A stretch of DNA of 64,000 nucleotides from Syncephalis fuscata S228 (Eukaryota > Fungi > Zoopagomycota). The first letter of the stretch is position 1. Each line of letters starts with the position of its first letter. The notes below the pieces were generated by a model, which saw only the letters and a program-made list of their open reading frames with translations, was not told the DNA's origin and made no database searches. Shown here piece by piece: positions 54,228-64,000 of the stretch. The stretch spans positions 62,001-126,000 of the forward strand of contig JAHLTZ010000007.1 of NCBI GenBank assembly GCA_025786725.1, written 5' to 3'. Made by a program: the position numbers and the translations under genes.

Positions 54228-55291
54228 TTAATACCAGCTCATTTTATGAGCACGTTGACGACGTTCTTGAGAATCGGCTTCACGTAACGTGCCATCAGTA
54301 TCACGTACAAGAATTTGTCGTTTCTATTTAACTATTAGTATAGACAAATTTTACAAATAATGTAACTTACGGTTACATCAACTTTACGATTAATATCGGT
54401 AATCATGAATTGCCATCGCTTATTGCCTAGACTGGGCTCGCGGGCAATTACTTGTGCTTCCGATGATTTGTTGTTTTGTTCTAACTGAAGCTGTGCCAGT
54501 GTGATGCTTTGACGGCCCTTTTCATCCACCGACTGTTTAATCTTTTTATACGACAAACGTTCTAGCAGTTTTGCAGCATTCTATAATACATAATAATCAT
54601 AATATAAAATAGTAAATACATTTAAAATAATATAGCGCTCTTCGTTCTATTGTACAATAAATTTACCTCAGGCCCAAATTTTGTTTCTTCACCAATAGCA
54701 ATGTATTGTGGCTTGCCTACGTGTGGTATGGCTTCGTGTGGCAATTCGCTTAATACCATTTTTGATTGAGCTCCTAACATCTTTTCCATGCCATCAACAT
54801 AGTGTTTCTGTACTACCATATTCTACGCGCTAGTGATGAGTATATTTGTATACTGCATTTTATACACCAATAAATACCTTGGCAGATTCGCGTGCTTCAT
54901 ACGCCTTTAGACGTAGAATGGCTTCTGCTCGCTTAATAGATATATTGTATTGGTTGGAGATTTGACGTGGCGTCCATACCGCTGGATTATTATACCATAG
55001 CGAGAAAATCTCGGAACGCGTCTTGTCCGTTAAGGGTGCATTGGGACGGAAGGCTGGATTCAGCGGGAATGGCTGTTGTTATTAGTATAAGTTAGTTAAT
55101 ATATGACCGTTAGTAGGTGCTAATCAAGGTAATATACGTGTGTGTACACATACATGGCGACCCATACCAACATAGTTGGTCTGTCCCGGTGTCATATACT
55201 TGTATTTATCTCCTTCATTTAATAGCCAATTAACCGCCCGTCTAAGCTGTTTAGACGCTGACTTGGTTGCAGTGGCAGTTGGGGTCGCCAT
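54228..55291 (-). CDS. Mitochondrial small ribosomal subunit protein mS45 (Bot1/Mrps35 family)
   Basis: QPFPLNPAFRP, RQISNQYNISIKRAEAILRLK and C-terminal ILVRDTDGTLREA. Confidence 0.85.
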
Positions 55292-55738
55292 GTCGTTATA
55301 GTGTTGCTAAATTGACGAATGAGGAATCAGAGAAGGAAGAAGGAAAGGAAAAATGACTAGATCTCAATAGGTCTATTTTATAAAATTAAATATTTAGTTA
55401 TACAAAGGCTATTAACTAGCTAACAATATTAATTGGTGTAATTCAATCAGTTAATCAGTTATTAGTCCTTTGTAGCTATATAATAACATATGCATTTAGT
55501 TTAACTACACACTATTACTATTATCACAAACTAATACAATGTTTGCTGTTCATTTTAACAACAAAAAGCACTTATTTAATCTTAAACATGGCATTATTTT
55601 AAAGAATTGGCAGGTACAAGTGAGTGAGTAGGTGGCGCTTAATGAAGAAAAATGACACAGTAATGACTGGTAATAGTCGTAATGGTGATGGAGTTACAAG
55701 GTTCATCAAAGTGTATCCTACGCTATCCTAGATTGTAT

Positions 55739-57839
55739 CTAATCATCAACATCCAATTGCTCCAATAGTGGTACCAAATCATCCCATAAAGTAGCACTCT
55801 ATAGTATTTGTTAGTGCTGTTGATCTATTTGTAATACTGCAACTTACTTTACGATAAAACTCGGCTTGACTTTCTGCATATTGCTGCAAGAATTCTTTCA
55901 TATCAGTTGCCTTGTCTGTCTGAAAGTTGTTAAATTCTCTAATGACTTCACGGGAAAACAATAGCGATACATCATGTGTCTCATTAACTGCTACTTGTAA
56001 CTATATAATATATAATTAATAATACAATAATTAACTATCCTATTACTTATAGATGTTATTATTCTACTTACCTCATCAATACGTTTTTCTAAACGTAATA
56101 ATTTCTGTTGCCGCGCCTGTTCCATATCGACCCCTTTCATTTCTTCGTACTTTCCTTTAATATATGAAGTAAGACCAGTCGCACCACGTGTATCCTGTAG
56201 GCGTTTTTGCTCTTCCTGCTGTTGCTGTAAATAGAATTGTAGCACTTCATAGTCAATCTGCTTCTGATCGCGTAATCTGAGTATATTCTATACGATTACT
56301 GTTACTTTGGCTATTCATTTACATTATTTAGTAATAGTTACCTTAACACTTTGACAATATACAACATATTCTCTCAATTGAGTTACAAATGCGTGTTCAT
56401 CCGAGTATGTCTAATTGTTACAGTAAAAGTAAGTAAATACTCAATTATATACACGTTATTGCATACCTTTTCTTTCATTAGTTCGGTCGCTTGATTAATT
56501 GTGTTGGCAAATCCATTTAACTGTTCTGCCATTCCCGTTTCAATACTTGCCAAATCAACAATACTTTTAGAGAATATAGTATTGTCATCTTGGAGCTCTA
56601 ATTAATATAACATCTGTATCAATAAACTGTTCATATTTATTATTACAATTATCTTACCCATTTCACGTTTTGTCATCTTTTGATAAACCTTTTCTATTGC
56701 CAATAGATTTTCTTCAAGCTTTTCAGTTGTTTCTTTAATATCAATAAATCGTTGATCTGGATTCTTAAGCTTAGAAAAGGCATTTAAAATAGAGTCACCA
56801 AGACTATCCAGCAAAGTGTCGCGATCAGGTATATTTGCCTCAGTTCGTCCTACAATAGTTACAATTAGTATTAAAAACTATAACTCAATCTGCTTACCAA
56901 ATTGGGAGTTGTAAGGAACTGTTTTACATGTTCGTTTAATTGCAATAATGGATGTCGAGCAATACGACGAATAAACCGTTCTAATCTACATATAAATCAA
57001 ATAAATTAATATTTACAATGTTATCTATATCATTTCACTTACCCGGCCCGTCGTTTTTCAATAAACTCATCATCAAACCGATTACCTGTCAAGTAGCCTT
57101 TGTAACCCACATAAGTGACTAATTCAATTTATTATGATCTAATCACTTACCCATTCGGTATTTCTCAGGTGGTGGTGAAATAATACACTGTGGATATTCA
57201 ACTGCCAATACAGAGTGTAGCCATGCAAAGTCTTGATATCGACGGCGAACAGTAAATGTTGGTGCACCAAGTGATGAGACGCCACACTATATAAGGTGTA
57301 AGTAAAGTATAATACTATGCTAATTACTTAGTACCATAGTTGTTATTTGATAGGATATATGTACATCCTTGACTGTCTCCTTTCGTGGATCGCTAACTGA
57401 CACCGATGTAAATATACGATTGCCAGTCTCTTGACTTCCAAGCTCCGTATAAAGCTGTGCATTTTTTATACTAGATAGATTGCTCGTTGGTGGATGTGCT
57501 GCCGGACTTTCTGTTTCTACATCATCCGACTCCATGGCCGATGTCAACGGATCAGTTTGTGGATAGCTATGCTGAACGTCGTCCTAATAATACAACCATA
57601 TTAGCGTTTATACTTTATGACCTTAACAATAACCACACAATAGCTACAACTAGCATCTTTGTTCTAATTCTTGGCATTGCGCATTTATCGATAACATTGG
57701 TACTTACCCAAACGGTAGACCCGCCTAGCTCCTCTGTTGGCGTGATACTTGTGTCTCGTAGACCATTAGTGATCAATTGTGGATCGTATTCATCGGTTGT
57801 GGTCCCCCAACCAGCAGTACGATAGTCATAGTCATCCAT
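55739..57839 (-). CDS. SNX4: Sorting nexin 4 (PX-BAR)
   Basis: PX domain (VRRRYQDFAWLH, PPPEKYRM, RFDDEFIEKRR, RIARHP), LGDSILNAFSK and a BAR domain with LRLRDQKQIDYE. Confidence 0.9.
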
Positions 57840-58207
57840 AGATATATGCTGTTGTAATTCAACAAATACAGCAAACCAGGTCTAAATCAACGCCTAACAG
57901 TGGTCCAAATGAAATAGAAACTAGAATAACAACGGTAACGACGGGGAGACAAGTTTGTTTTGGCAGTAGATAGTAAAGGGTCGGCAAGGACGAAAAGATG
58001 ACGCCAATAACCTTGGTCAGTGGAAACCAATGAGAAAGTCAACGGCTTCCTCTATACACGCAAAGTGCCCACGTGACACTTAATATTTCACAGTTGGCTA
58101 TTAATGAAATTGTAGCCAATAATAATAAAACTTTATTTTTCTCTAAATAGCTGCTATTGTTATTGTTCATCACTGCCAGCACCCTTCTATAGCTATAGAC
58201 AGCAACT

Positions 58208-60019
58208 ATGGCTTTAAGACTAGGGGCTAGTCGAACGGCCCTGTCGTCCCTGGGCACGGCATTCATCACTAGATACTTCAGACGTTCTGGTATAGATCGG
58301 TTTAATGCTACACTAGCAAAGTATGACGCGATCAGAGCGGCAGCTGGTATACGCGCCATGAGTGAATTAGCTGGCAATACTGAGGAAAAATACAAGACTT
58401 TAATGACAAGCAAGATTGAAACGCATTTAATACAACTGGTAAATAAACAAGCAAGTTTAGTAGAAAGATTAAATCAAAAGGTTAGTAATTAATTATTTTG
58501 CAGTTAAATGAGTTGATAATATTGAATAAACAATACATTAGTCGGATGAGTTGTCACCAGATGCGATGGCCACTATATCAAAGGAGATTAGTGATTTGGA
58601 CGAGTTGACAACACCATTTTTAGAATTAAAACGTATTCGTCAAGTAGGTTACAGTGCTTATTAATGCAACTATACTAAAGTATGGCTAGGAACTATGTGA
58701 ATTAGACAAAGCGTACCAAGAAAGCTGTCAAGAATCAAATAGAGATGCCGAACTTGAAGAAATGCTTACAGAAGAACGAGATGATGCACGTGAACGACTT
58801 AATCGGCAAGAACGAGCAGTTATTCGAGCATTAATACCACCCGATCCTACCGATGCAGCAAGCGCCATTCTTGAGATTCGTCCTGGTAAGTTGTAGCGTA
58901 TCGGATCGCAATAGTACTATCTAATAATTCTATAGGTACGGGAGGAGATGAAGCGTCATTATTTGCCGGTGATATGTATCGCATGTTCCAGCGATATTCT
59001 GAGGAAAAGCAATGGAAATTTGAAATTCTTTCGTCAAATGGAGACTTACCACGTTCTATAAAGGTAAGTAATCGATGGAATCATATAAATAGTAGATAAT
59101 TATGACTTATTAGGAAGCAGTAGTTAGTATTACAGGTAGGTAATGACAATTAAACAAATCGACAATATATTGAATAGCAACTCACTAGGCAAAGGAGTTT
59201 TTGGCAATTTGAAATATGAATCCGGCGTGCACCGGTAAATAATCAACCACTAATAATGCGTAGATTAATAGATGGTTTAGAGTGCAGCGTGTGCCAGAGA
59301 CTGAAAAACAAGGACGTGTCCATACCAGTACAATTACCGTGGCCATTTTACCTCAAGCGACTGAAGTAAGCATGTATGCTTATGCTATTGCGCTAACATG
59401 ACATATAGGTTGATATAACGATACGTGAATCAGATCTACGTATTGACCTGTATAGGGCCAGCGGTAAAGGTGGCCAGCACGTTAACACAACCGACAGTGC
59501 CGTACGTATTACCCATATTCCAACGGGCACCGTTGTAGCAATGCAAGACGAGCGATCCCAGCATAAGGTAATTAACTGGACAATTGGATAATTATTATGC
59601 TGATTAATGTAATTTGTAGAATAAAGCAAAAGCACTTAAAGTATTGCGCGCACGAGTTTATGAACAGGAACGACAGCGAACAGAACTTGAGCGTCGCTCA
59701 GCAAGAAATCAACAGGTAAATACACTTGGTATTAATAATGTTAATCATGGTCATTAATGCATTTTACTATTTATTTAGATTGGTTCAGGTGGCCGATCCG
59801 AAAAGATTAGAACCTATAATTTTCCGCAGGTAAATTTAATAGATAATGCTGACGATATAGTTTATTAATAAACAAATTGATAATTAGAATCGTATTACCG
59901 ATCATCGATACAATTATACGATGCACGGTGTTGAAGCATTTTTGACTGGTGAAACGACGCAAATGCTTATAGACACGCTTAAATTACGAGAAGAAATAGA
60001 AAATATTTCGTCACTTTAA
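58208..60019 (+). CDS. MRF1: Mitochondrial peptide chain release factor 1
   Basis: [26 protein letters not shown] (PxT motif), [11 protein letters not shown] (GGQ motif) and [19 protein letters not shown]. Confidence 0.95.
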
Positions 60020-60069
60020 TTTTATAAACAAACTTTTTTTTCACTTTTAATATTCGAGTCTTTTAAAAT

Positions 60070-61521
60070 ATGAATATCTTTGAACGAGCAGCCATCACAG
60101 GCAAAAGCGCCTCTACTCTTTCAACGGTAGGCGTCAGCCATGACGCACTACCTTGGGTTGAGAAATAGTAAGTATTATTGATTAGTGGGTATGCTACCAT
60201 AGATTAATGACCATAATAACGCGCTTAGTCGGCCAAAAACCATGCGTGATATTACCGCTCAAGAAGAAACTATCCAAGTGCTGACACGAACTATGGAATC
60301 TCGCAATGTAAGTGATTAGTACTATTTCTTAATTGATTGTATTGAAAAGATTTATAGTTACCTCATTTGCTGTTCTACGGCCCACCAGGTACAGGAAAAA
60401 CAACGTCTATTTTAGCGTTAGCCCGTGAGATGTATGGGTAAGTAGCATGGACCGCTTAGCCTGGCTTAAAGGCTATTAATTAAATGTTAGCTAATTATGG
60501 TATCCATTACTGCTTAAAAATACATTAGACCAGCACTTTTTAAATCGCGTATACTTGAACTTAATGCATCCGATGAACGCGGCATTCAAGTAGTTCGAGA
60601 AAAGATAAAAAACTTTGCTCGTATTTCTGTTAGCCAGGATAAAAAGTTAGATAGCTGTCATGTAGATAGAACAGTACTGATTAGCTTATTGTACTAATAG
60701 CGAACAAGCACCACCTTACAAACTAATTATACTCGATGAAGCAGATGCTATGACTGGAGATGCACAATCGGCTTTGCGTCGTATTATGGAGGCCTACTCG
60801 AAAGTAACTCGGTTTTGCATAATATGTAATTATGTCAGTCGGTAAGTAATATTTATTTATTTATTTCAGCACTGTAGCTGTACAAACTAACTAATATTAA
60901 TTAGTATCATTGAACCATTGGCATCACGTTGTGCTAAATTTCGATTTAAACCACTTAGCACACAGGATACAACAATGCGTTTACGCTACATCTGCCAACA
61001 GGAAAATGTCAATTGTACCGATGAGGTAACTAAACAATTAAAATGATGTCATTGTTTATTAGATAACGTATTTTTATATTCAGGTATTAGAAGCATTAGT
61101 TCGTGTGTCGGGTGGCGATTTACGTAAAGCCATCACCTTTCTACAAAGTGCCTATCGCCTTCATATAACTGACAATATATCTGTGCTGGCTATTGAGGAA
61201 ATGGCCGGTGCTGTACCTAGCGATATTATCGACAATTTAATGGCCACGTGGCAGCGTGTACCTTCAATGCACGATCAAATACTACAAGTAGTTCGTGAAA
61301 CTGTATTATCAGGCTATTCAGCCACACAAATTCTATTACAGTTACATGACCGACTTATTGACGATATTCACTTGACATCAATACAAAAGGCCCGAGTAGC
61401 ATTAGTACTTGGAGAGGCAGATAAACAATTGATGGATGGGGCGGATGAACACCTTCAACTATTAAATATACTAATGGGTGCTTCCCGTGCACTGACGGCA
61501 ACACCATCATCAAAGTCATAA
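60070..61521 (+). CDS. RFC2: Replication factor C small subunit (yeast Rfc2 / human RFC4)
   Basis: [50 protein letters not shown] and [11 protein letters not shown]. Confidence 0.93.
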
Positions 61522-61806
61522 GCTACACACACACACAAATGCTATACAGAAGCAGTTAATGGTATAATTATTAAAATAAACACATTCCAACGAATGATTT
61601 GTATTTATTTTTTTCCATTGGTTATTACTAAGTGATTATCATAAAACAAAGTAGAATTTGTTATTTCACTTTCTTCCCGACTAAATTAAATGACACAAGC
61701 TACTAATCTTTTCCCCTTCTTTTAAAGGATAAAGATTATAAACAAGTTGTGTACTACTCATTTATGTCGGATTACTTACTACTTTGACGACTAGGCTGTT
61801 ACTGCC

Positions 61807-63286
61807 TTATTCTGGAGTGGCAGAGCGGTGTGACGCGGCATCTCCGTTGGGTGACGCAGAACGACGGTCGTCCTTTGGAGATGGAGAGCGATAATCGCCA
61901 TTAGGCGATGGAGAGCGACGATCTTTGGCTGGAGAAGGAGAGCGGCGATCATCGCGTCGGTCGTCGCGCCGGTCGTCACGTCGGCTGGTGTCGCGTCGGT
62001 CGTCGCGTCGATCGTGATAACGGTCGGAACGGCGGTCATCTCGGCGGTCATCGCGTCTATTATCGCGTCGGTCGGAACGACGGTCATTGTAGCGGTCGGA
62101 ACGGCGGTCATCACGGTAGCTGCGACGTGGTGAGCGGGAACGGGAACGGGAACGAGAACGAGTGCGAGAACGAGAACGGTCACGGGAGCGGGAGCGGTCG
62201 CGTCTATTTAATATGTATAATAGTTTAACATTATGATAAGTGTTATGAATAAAAGTTTGACACACCCGCGTATTAGCTATATAGCTAGTATCATTATATA
62301 ATAGCATAATAATATACTATGCTATTTGCATCGATATTAAACAAAGTCAAATATCGCCACCATAAACATAAGCAGAACATGTATACTTTCTATGTGCAAC
62401 AGCTCCCAAACTGGCAAGCGGATTTCAAGGCAAAAATAGCAGCAAGAGCAGGAGCAGCATAATCAGCAGCATAATCAGCAACGTGGTAGCGGCAATAAGA
62501 TCAGTAGCAGTAGCATAGATTTAACGGCAACGTCAGATTCAGAGCATCCAGCAACAATTATCTGGTATTGATTCATTGTCATATGCAATATTGCTTAACA
62601 ATTATATATTATTGTATCAATACATATTATTCTACTACAATTGCCACAACTAGCACGCCAAATCATACATATAAATAAATATATGCATCATCTATCCAAT
62701 AATAAAAATAATACACCATACTGAATTACTTACCGAGAGCCGCCACCACGACGAGAGCTTCCGCCGCTTTGTGAGCAATCACGAGCCCAATGGCCTAAAT
62801 AGATTGTTTTAATTTTACTGTTTATTGTTTATTGTTTATTGCTTATATCCATTACTTACCTTCACCGCCACAACGGAAGCAGGTATTATCGTCACGATCG
62901 CGTACACGACCATGTGATTTCTCAACGGCAATGCGCGAGCCATTCAGACGCATACCGTCGGTGGCCCGGATGGCATTCTCGGCGTCATTGTCATTGTCAA
63001 ATTCTACAAAGCCATAGCCTATTGCCAACAAGTTAATAAAAAGCACAAAAACACATGCTGTGCTATTTTACTTACAATGATTAAGACCGTGCTAATAGTA
63101 CAAGTGATATATGACAGATAATCGAATGTTTCAGTTAATGTGCTGTTTAGAATAGATCGATTATTACCGATCCAACGCAATACACACCTTTACATCGCAG
63201 CGGACCAATTGGCCGTATTTATGAAATACATCTTTCAGCTCACTAGAGCTTAGATCTTTAGGAAGACGGCCAACAAAAAGTTGCAT
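61807..63286 (-). CDS. SR splicing factor with RRM, CCHC zinc knuckle and RS/RD domain (SRSF7/9G8-like)
   Basis: MQLFVGRLP, YGFVEF, CFRCGGEGHWARDC and an RS/RD-rich tail. Confidence 0.9.
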
Positions 63287-64000
63287 ATCAGATGAGTGTT
63301 GTTGTTGAAGGGAATAAGTAATCAGATAGCACGGAGAAAGAAAAATCAGCAAAACAGCATGGAGTTATTAAACTGTTGTTCTTTCGTTAAATATGATTCG
63401 CTAGTGTTACTAACATTCACCAAAGTTATCTAATTAACTAAAATTAAAATAACAATAGGCTTTTTATTTAAAAAAAAACGTAGATATTTATAATAATAAT
63501 TCCACATAAAGTTATCTGTATTATTAGCCAAAGTTAATTGATAGCATGATAGTGCAAGGCTATATAGCGTTTTCAAAGTTCGAATGTACACAAAATTATA
63601 GATCATGTGTACACGTTCTTAATTGTCGCAATGCCAAAGCTATGTTGATTGCATCGTATACAACTATACAATTAGCTTTAATTTTATAGTAGAATCCAAA
63701 GTATACGATTGATTACACACAATTGATAATAATGTTATGGTATTGAAAGTTGCCATATATAAATTATCATATTTATGTTACATAGAAAACACTACGATGG
63801 CTAGCAGTGCGATGTATTTATTTGGCTAAAATAAATTGGCACAATATTGTTTAAATGTAGCGCCACAGCACAACTGTAATAATATTAAAATATTACTAAT
63901 GAAATGATTTTTTTACTTCATCAGGGACTTTGTCGTCAATTACTACATAAAATGCACCATCATAATAATATTCCGACGTAGTAGTTGGGCCCTTGTAGTT

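Overview
This is AT-rich, gene-dense, intron-rich eukaryotic DNA, clearly fungal. The 50-85 nt GT-AG introns and gene content suggest an early-diverging lineage such as Zoopagomycota or Mucoromycota (inference). About 27 spliced genes can be reconstructed, mostly housekeeping: LRRC58-like, SRR1, COX8/COX7C, DPS1, F-box/PP2-like, DinB-like, PPWD1, kinesin-14, NPR2, proteasome alpha, VDAC, cofilin, Hpt/YPD1, AP beta, BMS1, PPE1, GCFC, MAP2, KASH-like, mS45, SNX4, MRF1, RFC2 and an SR protein. The outstanding feature is at 1539-4413 on the minus strand. What looks like a degenerate ~83-bp tandem repeat is an array of spliceosomal introns separated by 3-nt exons: 33 three-nucleotide exons in total, 31 of them consecutive. 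Joined in order, the exons give a stop-free 73-aa prepropeptide with a signal peptide, a pro-region and a Kex2-type KR site. Its 31-aa cationic 4-Cys mature peptide (WLKTPGPLRAPVGPWYCVFGICVGKCGGNCK) is encoded almost entirely one codon-length per exon. The assembly also appears to carry scattered 1-bp deletion errors in conserved genes. Gene boundaries were read by eye and are approximate unless exon lists are given.
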